From: an uncultured bacterium
GTDB lineage: Bacteria > Patescibacteriota > Patescibacteriia > UBA9570 > XYC2-FULL-38-9
NCBI GenBank assembly: GCA_937996685.1
Contig: CALKUP010000016.1
Span: 85,879-149,878 of the forward strand
Reading direction: 5' to 3'
DNA length: 64,000 nucleotides
Within the stretch, counting starts at the first letter, position 1. Every line of letters begins with the position of its first letter. The notes under the pieces were generated by a model. That model was not told where the DNA came from and did no database searches. It worked only from the letters and a program-made list of their open reading frames with translations. This document shows, one piece after another, positions 37,367-47,194 of the stretch. The position numbers and the translations under genes are program-made.

Positions 37367-38428
37367 CTATGAAATAGCAGCAGCATAATCATGCAGTAAT
37401 TGCATGATTTGTTGTTTCTGGAGATTTTTTTCTTCAAGAATCGTGTAGCGATCTGCTCGTGTGCTTGGCGCAAATAAGAGAGCTTCGGTCATTTCTTCAA
37501 GTGTGAGTCCAAGTTCTTCGTGGGTGACAGGGAGTTCTGATGAACGAGCAAATGCGACGAGTTCTTGGATATCTTCTCCGCGCAAAAAGTTCATAAGGAG
37601 CGTGCCGTAGAGCACTTGCAGTCCATGCATTGATCGATTTGGAAACAGTGCATCAATTGCGTGAGAAATCTTGTGCTCTGACCCGGAGCACGGGCGTGAG
37701 TTGCCAGAAATATTCATTGCAACACCACTGAGAATCAGTGCATGTGTCAGTTTTTCCAAGAAGGCTTCACTTTGAATATCAACAGTAACGCCGCGGAGAG
37801 ATTCGTAAACTAATTGGGCTGAAGAGAGCGCGATGCTCGCAGCAAAGTCGTCGTAGCTTTCTGTGCCTTTTGCGTGGGCAAGCTTCCAGTCTTTGATAGC
37901 GGAAAAATTACTAATCATATCACCAATACCAGATAGGATGTTGTTTTTTGGAGCGCCAGTTAGCATGCCAGGATCAACCAAGATGCCAACCGGCATATTC
38001 ACTGGTAGGCTTTCTGTGACGCCGGTGTCGTTTGTGAGGACGGCAACTGGAGATGCAAGGCCGTCATTGCTTGGGGATGTCGGAACAGAAATGTAATTCA
38101 CACGTGCCTTTGTTGCGACGTATTTTCCAAGATCAAGGACGCGGCCGCCACCAATACTGACAATAAGGTCATTACCTTTTTCACGAACATGCGCCGCGAT
38201 TCGGTCACCTTCAGCAATGGAGTTTTTTGATAGTAAAACAATGGCTGGGTCTCCGAGAGCGTGAACGGTATCATTACCACCAGCTTCCAAAATATGCGGC
38301 TCTGAAATAATGAGCGGCTTGGTGAAATACAAATGTTGCTCACGCATGATTTTTTCAATCTGCGATAAACAACCGGCTTCAATTTTAATAAATAGGGGAA
38401 TTTGTGTGTTGCGCAAGATAATAGACAT
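37367..38428 (-). CDS. glycerol-phosphate dehydrogenase family protein (EgsA/AraM/Gtp1-like, iron/zinc ADH superfamily)
   Basis: GGGRVLDLGK, PTSPSNDGLASP, SGIGD, SRPCSGSEHKISHAID, HGLQ. Confidence 0.85.
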   Translation of the reverse strand: MSIILRNTQIPLFIKIEAGCLSQIEKIMREQHLYFTKPLIISEPHILEAGGNDTVHALGDPAIVLLSKNSIAEGDRIAAHVREKGNDLIVSIGGGRVLDLGKYVATKARVNYISVPTSPSNDGLASPVAVLTNDTGVTESLPVNMPVGILVDPGMLTGAPKNNILSGIGDMISNFSAIKDWKLAHAKGTESYDDFAASIALSSAQLVYESLRGVTVDIQSEAFLEKLTHALILSGVAMNISGNSRPCSGSEHKISHAIDALFPNRSMHGLQVLYGTLLMNFLRGEDIQELVAFARSSELPVTHEELGLTLEEMTEALLFAPSTRADRYTILEEKNLQKQQIMQLLHDYAAAIS

Positions 38429-38433
38429 AAGCG

Positions 38434-39171
38434 TTATGGCATTTCAAGAATCATTTTTTTTGCATCAGCGAGATCTTCTGGTGTGTCAATTTCCATTGCA
38501 GGAAGTCCGTCTGTAGAAATTGGATGTAATTGCAGGCCGTGGTCAGTAATTGCGGTTTGAATCCCGTCTTCATAATAGAGGGAATTGTCTTTTTCAATTG
38601 TATCGTCAAGGGCTTGAAGGATGCTGTTTTTTGTTTCTCGACTGAGCTTCATGACGCCGATATATTCACCATGGCTCGTTTCTGGGTCAAGTGATTTGTG
38701 AATGACGGTGATCGTTTCATTATTAGAATCAAGCGTGACTTTCATTTCCTCGTCGCCCAGTGTTTTGACATCATCGATAATCATGGCGTTTGCGTGTGGA
38801 CTAGTTGCAAGTTTCTTTAAAATGTCTGCGTGAAAAATAGTGTCTGAATTAATCAAAATAAAATCATCGTCAACAACATCGAGTGCGCGACGCATTGATA
38901 CAATATTTCCGGTTGAATGATAGACATCGTTAAAAACATAATTGATGTTCATTTCAGGATGTTTGGCAGCGTATGCATTTCCAGCATCAACGACAGCGTC
39001 GTGTCCGTGTCCGGTAATGACATCAACGTGCGTGATTCCACTTGTCCGAACATTATCTAAAATATGATCCAGGATGGAGGTTGTGTTCAGTGACAGGAGT
39101 GTTTTTGGGATGTGTTCAGTGAGAGGCCGGAGGCGTTGCGATGTGCCAGCTGCCATGATAATTGCGCGCAT
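38434..39171 (-). CDS. sugar/polyol-phosphate cytidylyltransferase (LicC/Gtp2-like NTP transferase)
   Basis: MAAGTSQRLRPLT..PK, NSD, EEMKV, GEYIGV, YYEDG, EIDTPEDL. Confidence 0.85.
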   Translation of the reverse strand: MRAIIMAAGTSQRLRPLTEHIPKTLLSLNTTSILDHILDNVRTSGITHVDVITGHGHDAVVDAGNAYAAKHPEMNINYVFNDVYHSTGNIVSMRRALDVVDDDFILINSDTIFHADILKKLATSPHANAMIIDDVKTLGDEEMKVTLDSNNETITVIHKSLDPETSHGEYIGVMKLSRETKNSILQALDDTIEKDNSLYYEDGIQTAITDHGLQLHPISTDGLPAMEIDTPEDLADAKKMILEMP

Positions 39172-39221
39172 ATGATCAATAAAAATAAGGGAAATTGAAG
39201 TATTCTCACAATAGAGACTGT

Positions 39222-40475
39222 CTATACGCTACCATTCTTCTGACGAAAAATCAATTTCCACGCAAGGAGTGACAGGATGAATATATTGCCAGTTTCAACA
39301 ATGGCAGTGGCGATTGCGGGTCCGACGGCGCCAAAGCGAGGAATCAGAATGAGGTCAAGAATGATGTTCACTGCAACAGTGCCTATTTGTGAATACGCGA
39401 CAACTTTTTGGTAGTCTTTTGCGAGGAGGATATTTGTGAGTGGGATTGAAAAAAACCGTAGCCCAAGAAATATCGCAAGCCATTGCATGACTGGAATCGT
39501 ATCGTGGTATTTGTCTCCAAGAATCCACGGAACGAGCGGGTCAGAAAATAGTACAAAGACCATAGCAGAGCTAATGCCAATGCTGCCAAATCCGGCAATG
39601 GTGCGAAGACTGAGTTGTCGAAAACGGTGTTCATCGTGTTTTGCTGCGGAATAGAGAGCAGGGAGTAAGACTTGATAGATTGTTGTTGGAATAAACAAAA
39701 ACAGGTTGACGATTTTTGCAGCGCCACCATAGGTTGCGACAACTTCTGTGCTGCGAAGGATTGATAAAAGAATCAAATCGACTTGGACATAGATCATTTC
39801 AAAAGTGTTGTACAGCGTGAAATGAACCGACTCTCGAAGCATTGATGTGATTTTTTTCAAATCAACATGCGGGGTGAGCCGCCTTCGTGCATACCAAAAC
39901 AGCAAGGCGATCGAAAATATATTAACGGCCAGTTGCGAGACTCCAAAGCTAATGAGTCCAACGCTTCGGTCGGAGATAAACAAAAAGATGCTAGCAATAG
40001 CGATAACAAAGAACAGTCCATTGAGTGTTTCAACAATAGAGATTTCATTCATGCGCATTTGCGCGCGTAAAATCGCTCGAATGACCTTGCGCCATTCAAA
40101 GATCAGGCCTGCAGCGCCAACGAGTGCAAGTAACAGAATACGCTGAGGAGTGAATCCGACAATACTCGCTGTCACAAGGAGTCCAATCCAAATCAGCAGC
40201 GACATGACTGTTTGCACAACCAGTGCATTGCCGAAATAGATGTTTGCGTCGTCGTGTTTTTGGGAGGTATGCTTTACAAGCAAAGTGCTCATCCCGAGGT
40301 CGGAGAGTGTCATGACGGCGTTTGTCCAAGTGAGCGCGGTATCGAGAATGCCTTGTTGGTCTTTTGTGAAATAGCGATAGGTGAGTAAAAAGGCGAGGCT
40401 GGTAAATCCACGAAACGCTGCCCGAGCAATCACAATGGTCCTGACATTTTTTTTGATACTTGAGCTGTCGTGCAT
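39222..40475 (-). CDS. wzx: Wzx-type (MOP) flippase
   Basis: about 12 TM, SDLGMS, VDLILLSIL, NIILDLILIPRFGAVGPAIAT. Confidence 0.85.
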   Translation of the reverse strand: MHDSSSIKKNVRTIVIARAAFRGFTSLAFLLTYRYFTKDQQGILDTALTWTNAVMTLSDLGMSTLLVKHTSQKHDDANIYFGNALVVQTVMSLLIWIGLLVTASIVGFTPQRILLLALVGAAGLIFEWRKVIRAILRAQMRMNEISIVETLNGLFFVIAIASIFLFISDRSVGLISFGVSQLAVNIFSIALLFWYARRRLTPHVDLKKITSMLRESVHFTLYNTFEMIYVQVDLILLSILRSTEVVATYGGAAKIVNLFLFIPTTIYQVLLPALYSAAKHDEHRFRQLSLRTIAGFGSIGISSAMVFVLFSDPLVPWILGDKYHDTIPVMQWLAIFLGLRFFSIPLTNILLAKDYQKVVAYSQIGTVAVNIILDLILIPRFGAVGPAIATAIVETGNIFILSLLAWKLIFRQKNGSV

Positions 40476-40484
40476 AGATACAAA

Positions 40485-41582
40485 TTATTTTTCTGAAAAA
40501 AGAGTTGCGTAGCGCTGCATGATGACAGGCCAGTCAAAGTGCTCCTTTGTGTACTGTGCCGCAGCAATGCCAAATGCCTGGCGTTCTGTTGGGTGTTGTA
40601 TCCATTCGATGATTTGTGTTGTCATGGCATGGGCATCGCGTGGTTCGACAAGTCTGCCATTTTTGGTGTCATGAATCGCTGTTGGAATGCCTTCACAGGT
40701 TGTTGCGATCACAGGAAGTTCATAGCTTGCTGCTTCAATGCCAACAAAGCCAAATCCTTCAGCATCGTTTGCAATAGGAATATTTGGCATCACAAAAATA
40801 TCTGCACCGCGATATAGGTCGATGAGTAGTGTGTCAGAAACGCGACCCAGCAAGACGACGTGGTGCCCCATGCTCACTTTTTTTATTGTGGCCTCAATAG
40901 TGGCTTGTTCGGGACCTGTTCCAGTCACAAGATAGAGTATTTGTGGGTGTTGTGCGACAATTGTTGGCAGACAGTGCTCAATAAACCAGGCAACGCCTTT
41001 GCGCTCAACCAATCGGCCGACTGTTAAGAGCCATATAGTCTCTGATGAACTATTTTGGTGTTCAATCTGTTGACAAGTTTTCTGGACAGATTCACGACTT
41101 GTTGTTCTCGCTGATTCTGGAGCATTTTCGCGATTTTGCATCGGCGCTCCATGAGGAATAACAGTGACTCGTTCAGCAGGAGTGTTCCACGGATCTGATA
41201 AAAGGAGTTTTTGTGTGTAATCACTGACAGCAACAATGTGCGTGCAGGCAGGCAGACCTTTTTTGATAAAAAAGCGTAATACCGCGCTATTGTACGTTAA
41301 TTCAAGGGCATGAATCGTGATGAAAATCGGAGCAGGTGAAAAAAGGCGAATCAATGGAGCGAGAATTGCAAGGACGCCATCGCCAAGGTGATACGCTGTG
41401 GCTGTTTTTCGGTGCGTAAACGCGCCCCAGAGCAAGCGTGGAAGTGCCCATACGATGTCCCGTTGGGAGTGTCCGAAATGGATCGTTGTATGAGGGAGAG
41501 GAAGTTGCTCATCAAGGGTGACTGAAAACGTCTCCATTCCGCCTGTTTCCGGTTTAAATTTTCTTGTCAGGAGTATGATCAT
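40485..41582 (-). CDS. GT4 family glycosyltransferase
   Basis: P.TGGME, VAVSDYT, TVGRLVERKG, EGFGFVGIEA; start likely the second Met (41582). Confidence 0.9.
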   Translation of the reverse strand: MIILLTRKFKPETGGMETFSVTLDEQLPLPHTTIHFGHSQRDIVWALPRLLWGAFTHRKTATAYHLGDGVLAILAPLIRLFSPAPIFITIHALELTYNSAVLRFFIKKGLPACTHIVAVSDYTQKLLLSDPWNTPAERVTVIPHGAPMQNRENAPESARTTSRESVQKTCQQIEHQNSSSETIWLLTVGRLVERKGVAWFIEHCLPTIVAQHPQILYLVTGTGPEQATIEATIKKVSMGHHVVLLGRVSDTLLIDLYRGADIFVMPNIPIANDAEGFGFVGIEAASYELPVIATTCEGIPTAIHDTKNGRLVEPRDAHAMTTQIIEWIQHPTERQAFGIAAAQYTKEHFDWPVIMQRYATLFSEK

Positions 41583-41686
41583 CAAAAAAAGCATAGCATT
41601 TTCATTTGAAAATCACCAGCCGTCAATGTTGTCTCCTGCTGTGTTTTGTGGTATGTTTTGTGGCGTAGCATTTTATAGATGTTTTT

Positions 41687-43375
41687 ATGAAAACACATCC
41701 ATTTTTCTCCTCTATAAAAATACCAAAATCATTTAGGTGGTTTGTTCTTTTGTTTTTTATCCTTTTTTTGGCAACTTGGCTCCGCTTGACTAATACGTAT
41801 TACGCAACAAATGTAGACGAGCCAAACGTTATGAAACGTGCTGTGCAAATTGCAGATGGTCAATGGCATATACGGTGGTATAATTGGCCTGCACAATCAT
41901 TAATGCGCTTAAATGCCGCGCCTGTTCGCATTGCGGCTGCATGGTTTAATTATCAGGATGATAGTCAAAAGCCAAGAACAGCACAGTATTGGTATGAACA
42001 TAAGCTCTCTGATATCCTTGTTATAGGGCACGTTGTGACAACGATATTCGCGATATTCAGTATTATTGTAATGTATCAAATTGGAGTGTTATTGCGTGAT
42101 CAAAAAACAGGTGTTATTGCAGCATTATTTTTAAGTGTGAGTTCTTTGCATGTATTGCATTCACATTTTGCAACACCGGATGTGCCTATGAGTTGGGCGA
42201 TGCTGGCTGTGTTGTGGTGTGCGTTGCAGCTTCTTCACTTGAATTTTAATGACCAAAAAAAACAATTGCTGCTGAGTGTTACAGCGGGAGCTGTTATCGG
42301 TTTTGCTGTTGCAACAAAATATACAGGAGTTATGACAGCTGTGCCATTATTTTTAGTCGCAGGAGTTCTGTTGTATAGAGATAAAAGAAAATATAAAAAA
42401 ATTGCACAACTTACAATTGTCACAATGCTTGCTGCGATTGTTGTACACATGATACTTAACCCATTCTTTTTTGTAGATTTCGTTGGTATTGTGCAACAAA
42501 TTCAGTATGAAGCAGGAGGTGATCGGCTTGGTGTAGACTTTACTGGAGAGCGTTTTGTTTCTTTAAGAAATCTTTGGTTTTATGTTTCAGGGGCGTTGTT
42601 GTGGAATGGAACCACGATCGCATTGTTAGGCTACGGCTCGATTATAGCGCCACTTTGTGTGTATCGTACAAAAAAAAATACACCACTTCGTATTTTCGCT
42701 TTGTACTATATTATTTTTCTTGTCGCGCTCTCGTTATTACAATTGCATTGGTCGCGTTGGTCGATGCCGCTTGTGACACTGCTTCCATTATTTGCAGCGA
42801 TCAGTGTTTCTGTCATCTGGGATTTTGCTCTTCAGCGTTTTCCTTCGTATAAAAAAAGCATTACAAGTATATTTTGTATATTATTGTTTTTAATGACTTT
42901 GCCGCAATTAGTTATTGGTATTATGGAAAATAATCAATGGCGAGCCAAGACAACTGACGCAATGGTGCTAGAATACATTACTTCAAATCATCCCGTGACA
43001 GATCGTTTTTTTTCAGATACATATTATGTGCATCAAGAGCCGTATTATGTTTCCCAAAGAAGAATTGACTTGTATGCATTTTCTTTTGAAGAGTTATTAG
43101 ATCAAGATATTCATTATGTTGTTGTAAAGCCTTCTCGGTTGACAAACGCTCAAAAAAAGCCAGATGCGTATCCTGACATTATTCGCTTTTTCCATTCATT
43201 AGAAACAAGGGGAGAATTATTGTATACGGCGCGTGATACCTGTTCAAATATTTTACAAAAAAAACGAGACGATCAATTTTTTTCCGCATTATTATTACAA
43301 GGTCGGCAGAGTTGGCGGAAAAATTTCACAACCTGTGAGACAGGGGCCACAATTCAAGTATATCGTATTCAATAA
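41687..43375 (+). CDS. GT-C superfamily (ArnT/PMT_2-like) membrane glycosyltransferase
   Basis: LRL...DEP in the first loop, YNWP, HSHFATPD, GFAVATKY, multi-TM plus C-terminal extracytoplasmic domain. Confidence 0.8.
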   Translation: MKTHPFFSSIKIPKSFRWFVLLFFILFLATWLRLTNTYYATNVDEPNVMKRAVQIADGQWHIRWYNWPAQSLMRLNAAPVRIAAAWFNYQDDSQKPRTAQYWYEHKLSDILVIGHVVTTIFAIFSIIVMYQIGVLLRDQKTGVIAALFLSVSSLHVLHSHFATPDVPMSWAMLAVLWCALQLLHLNFNDQKKQLLLSVTAGAVIGFAVATKYTGVMTAVPLFLVAGVLLYRDKRKYKKIAQLTIVTMLAAIVVHMILNPFFFVDFVGIVQQIQYEAGGDRLGVDFTGERFVSLRNLWFYVSGALLWNGTTIALLGYGSIIAPLCVYRTKKNTPLRIFALYYIIFLVALSLLQLHWSRWSMPLVTLLPLFAAISVSVIWDFALQRFPSYKKSITSIFCILLFLMTLPQLVIGIMENNQWRAKTTDAMVLEYITSNHPVTDRFFSDTYYVHQEPYYVSQRRIDLYAFSFEELLDQDIHYVVVKPSRLTNAQKKPDAYPDIIRFFHSLETRGELLYTARDTCSNILQKKRDDQFFSALLLQGRQSWRKNFTTCETGATIQVYRIQ

Positions 43376-43383
43376 AGAGGTTC

Positions 43384-45468
43384 ATGAAAACACCTTCTGC
43401 GCCATCATTACAGTTCATGATATTTTTATGTTTTTGTGTTTGCAGCTCATTATTGTTGGTGTTTTTTGCTTTTGAGCATCACGAATATACTCTCGGGTCC
43501 CCGGTCCTGACACTTGCCGTGTCCGCGCTCGCGTGGCTCGGTATCTGTGTGTTATTTGAATATACCGTCGCTGTTGTTGCTCCATTATCACTGTCGGCGC
43601 ATGCCATTCGACGTGGAGTGTCGTTCTTTTTTGTGTTTGCAGTGTTGCTGACACTTGTATTTGCGCGCTTTGTCTGGACATCTGAAACCTATTCTGGGAC
43701 GCCATGGATGAAAGATCCACAAATTGCTCAATTATGTGCAGCTGGTTTTGTCGTTGCTGTGACTATACGCTTTGTTTTTTTGTGGAAGGAAAAGGAGAGT
43801 GCAGAAGATGACGTTGATGATAGTATTGCGATTCCTGTGCAGGGTTTGCGACAATGGGCATTGCATGTGCTTGTGTGTCTTGTTCTGGCTGGAGCGGCAT
43901 TGTCTCAGGCTTTGCCAAATATCAGCGGTGAGGCATACAACCTGCAAAATGATGAGTATTTACAGTACGGCGCTGCGGTTGGATATAACCACACTGGTCA
44001 GTGGGTTGATTGGGATTTTACAAAGAACGATGTACAGCGTGATAGCGCGGGTGCAGTTGTTGTGTATGATCGAGCACATGTCTCAACCTGGCAAATGGCC
44101 ATGGCAATGCGCATTTTTGGTGAAAGTGAGGCTGTTGCGCGTGGCGTTGCCGTTGCCTGGTTTGTCTTGTTTTTATGGGCTGTCTACGGGGTAGCGTTTT
44201 ATTGGTCGCGATCCATTGGTGTGGCAGCATTTATGGCTATAGCGCCGGTATTTTTTGATGGCGTGATGATGCATGCACGGATGGTGCGGATGTATAGTCC
44301 ATTATTGACGATTTCAATGGGCCTGCTTGTTGCTCTGTGGCAGAGCTATGCCGCGGGAATTGCAGGTACATGGGGTCGTTTATTTGTATATAGTAGTATC
44401 AGTGCTGGGTTGTTGCTGCTTGGTTGGGAGCATCAAGAATTGATTTTAATTATTGTTCCAGGAGTCATTGGTTTTGTGTTTGTTGAGTGGTTGCGATTTT
44501 TTATCTACAAAGAAAAAAATGCTGCAAAGGGAGAGGGCGAGCACGCAAAAGCGCAGCAGTATCGAACGGTGTTTCTTCTGTTGTTGTCTACAGCAGCAAT
44601 TGTTGCGTGGTTTGTTAACGCATCATTGGACAGTGCAATTTTTACGACGGGTCACATTGGTATTCGCAAGGCATTGAATACGCAGTATGAGTTTTTGGCC
44701 TTTATGGATTTTGCGCTCCCGTTATTTGTTGCGGGGTTGTATGCAGCAAGTGTTGTCTTCGCTGTCTTTCATCGCAAGTCACACCCATTTGAGCGATATG
44801 TTGCTACAGTGTCGCTTGTGGTGATTGTTGTGATGCTTGTATTCGTGTTGCGTTATAAAGCGTATCGATATATTCAGTTTTTATTGCCATTTGTTGGTAT
44901 GTCTGTCTGGCTCTACTGGTATCGGGCTGTACGGTCTGTTCTTGGTGTATGGATTGAAGACAGGCAAGCGCTGCGACAATGGGCGAATCGTGCTGCTGTT
45001 GCTGTGTTTTTTGTTGCGTTTGTGCCGTTGTCAATTGCGGGTGTTCCGGTATTACAGCCATGGTTCACGCAAGCGCAGGCAGATAAGGTTACAGAAACAG
45101 ATCCAGTGCTTGATCATCACGTGTCTGTTGCGTATGATTTCGTTCGATCGCAGAAAACACCAGGTAGTTTTGTTGTGACAATGTCGTTCCGTGATTTGTA
45201 TTGGAAGAATGACCCGTCATTACAAGTGATAACATTACCTGAGAATGACGTGTACACTATTGATCAATTAAACGCATTTTTTGCGGCGTATCCGACAACA
45301 GAAATGTGGTTTGTGTGGGAACAAGGGAAAGAGCATCATTTGAAGCCAGCTGTGCTGAAAGCAATTCAATCGCGTGCGGTGAATCTGTCGAGTTGTGATG
45401 CGTCATTGAAGAACTCGAACATGAAGATCTATTATTATGGACAACAAAAAATAGACTGCTCAAACTAA
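43384..45468 (+). CDS. GT-C-like polytopic membrane glycosyltransferase
   Basis: NDE loop motif, FGESEAVAR, ARMVRMY, RYIQFLLPF, more than 12 TM. Confidence 0.72.
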   Translation: MKTPSAPSLQFMIFLCFCVCSSLLLVFFAFEHHEYTLGSPVLTLAVSALAWLGICVLFEYTVAVVAPLSLSAHAIRRGVSFFFVFAVLLTLVFARFVWTSETYSGTPWMKDPQIAQLCAAGFVVAVTIRFVFLWKEKESAEDDVDDSIAIPVQGLRQWALHVLVCLVLAGAALSQALPNISGEAYNLQNDEYLQYGAAVGYNHTGQWVDWDFTKNDVQRDSAGAVVVYDRAHVSTWQMAMAMRIFGESEAVARGVAVAWFVLFLWAVYGVAFYWSRSIGVAAFMAIAPVFFDGVMMHARMVRMYSPLLTISMGLLVALWQSYAAGIAGTWGRLFVYSSISAGLLLLGWEHQELILIIVPGVIGFVFVEWLRFFIYKEKNAAKGEGEHAKAQQYRTVFLLLLSTAAIVAWFVNASLDSAIFTTGHIGIRKALNTQYEFLAFMDFALPLFVAGLYAASVVFAVFHRKSHPFERYVATVSLVVIVVMLVFVLRYKAYRYIQFLLPFVGMSVWLYWYRAVRSVLGVWIEDRQALRQWANRAAVAVFFVAFVPLSIAGVPVLQPWFTQAQADKVTETDPVLDHHVSVAYDFVRSQKTPGSFVVTMSFRDLYWKNDPSLQVITLPENDVYTIDQLNAFFAAYPTTEMWFVWEQGKEHHLKPAVLKAIQSRAVNLSSCDASLKNSNMKIYYYGQQKIDCSN

Positions 45469-47184
45469 TTGTATTAATGATACAAAGTATTTCATTGTAT
45501 ACAACGTAGTAGCTCCAAGGATAATAAACATAGCCATGCGTTGTCCTTTCGGAAGCATGATTGTCTGTGTTTGCCAAAAGACAAGGCAGACAAAAATAGC
45601 GAGATTAAAATACAGGTATCGTCCAACGAGCATGACAATTGGTGTAGTAAATGACAAGACAATAAGTAATACAACAGTACATATAAGCGTGGATATAAAA
45701 ATTGTAAAAATTATTTCTTTCAGTGTTCGATTTTTTTTATACGCAAAAAGTAATTGACCACCAGCACTGAGTAGTAAAGATAGAACGATCAATGAGAGCC
45801 CGCCTTGAAGTCGCGCATCAAATGGAGTTGATCCATAAGAAAACCACATGCCCCCAAAAAAATCATAACTACGCCATACTAAGTCAGTGAAACGAAATGG
45901 CAGATTAAATGGATTAACAATTTGTTTTACAAATTCTATATGAGCAGCTGTTCCGGTGAGTGCGTGATATGTATACCAATTATGGACAAGCCATGGAAGC
46001 AATAAGGATATTTGAACACATATTGTTAGTAGTAATAATCTATATGATTTACGATATATATAGGCAAGGCCAATAGGTATGCAAATAGGCAGTGCGGTAA
46101 GCTTTGTTAGTAGGGCAAGTCCTAATAGTAAGCCGCTTACAATTGCGTCTTTATATGTTAGTGGTGTTTTTTTTGTTACAATATCTACGGTTTGCAAGAA
46201 AACGAGAGAGCTAATGAGCAGTGTCAATGATTCATTGCTGACAGGAATGAGTATCCCAAGGAAGAGTGGGGATAATGAGAAAGCGCCTAATAGCGAGAGA
46301 AATAGCGCATTATTTTTCACTAATTCTGTACGGCTCGTTATTCGTTCATATATTTTCCAAATCACATATTGTGACGCCATGAGTAACAAGAGATTGAATA
46401 AGCGCAGAACATATAAACGAGTCGGTGTATTTCCGTGAAAAATATAGACCATTTCTGAAATCACTGCACCGATAGAATAGTACAAAGGCGGATGAACCGC
46501 TTCATAGCTTTGTCCAATTGAAACTGTTTCAATTCTTGAATTAGGAATAGCGATTAATTCCTCGGTGCGTATAGGAGAGTATACATTCGGTAATTTGTGC
46601 TCTAAAAAAATATGGTTAATATAGTCAAAATGAGCTGACTCATCAATTGGAGAATACACCGGATGTTGTAGTACAATAAAAATACCAATGCCGAATGTTG
46701 CAATGCTTAAATGGAGCAGAGGATATTTTTTATATACCCACAGTGTGCTCATGCTAATAGAAAGTAATAAGACGATGATGTATCGTCCTGTGAGCACCCA
46801 GTCTTTTTGGTTTATTGAGTAAGAAAAAGGAACAACGGCTGTTGTTATTTGACGGGTGTTATCTAGTAGAATTGGTTTTTTCAATGTAACACTTACATAT
46901 TCAGGAGTTGAAAAATCAACGGATTCAATAACAAGAGGTTCTGTTTGTGTGTCAACGGCAATTTTTTCACCTGGAAATAAGCGATTGCTCTGATTATTTT
47001 TTACGAGCAGTATCTTTGTGTTATCTTTTAAGACGCCGTGACTCCAATTATTGTCAGTAAGATCCGCAATAGACAAGGTGCTTTTATAAATCGGTACGTG
47101 TGGAATAAAAAACCACATCCCAATACTAAAAACAATGAACAGTGCTGTGAATAGTGTATTTTTATGAAATGTGGTTATTCGCAT
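45460..47184 (-). CDS. GT-C/DUF2142-like membrane protein with N-terminal extracytoplasmic beta domain
   Basis: PIDESAHFDYI, YEAVHPPLYY, VSNE, LALLTK, GRY; AT-rich; start reset to MRITT at 47184. Confidence 0.75.
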   Translation of the reverse strand: MRITTFHKNTLFTALFIVFSIGMWFFIPHVPIYKSTLSIADLTDNNWSHGVLKDNTKILLVKNNQSNRLFPGEKIAVDTQTEPLVIESVDFSTPEYVSVTLKKPILLDNTRQITTAVVPFSYSINQKDWVLTGRYIIVLLLSISMSTLWVYKKYPLLHLSIATFGIGIFIVLQHPVYSPIDESAHFDYINHIFLEHKLPNVYSPIRTEELIAIPNSRIETVSIGQSYEAVHPPLYYSIGAVISEMVYIFHGNTPTRLYVLRLFNLLLLMASQYVIWKIYERITSRTELVKNNALFLSLLGAFSLSPLFLGILIPVSNESLTLLISSLVFLQTVDIVTKKTPLTYKDAIVSGLLLGLALLTKLTALPICIPIGLAYIYRKSYRLLLLTICVQISLLLPWLVHNWYTYHALTGTAAHIEFVKQIVNPFNLPFRFTDLVWRSYDFFGGMWFSYGSTPFDARLQGGLSLIVLSLLLSAGGQLLFAYKKNRTLKEIIFTIFISTLICTVVLLIVLSFTTPIVMLVGRYLYFNLAIFVCLVFWQTQTIMLPKGQRMAMFIILGATTLYTMKYFVSLIQLV

Positions 47185-47194
47185 TATGGTTATC

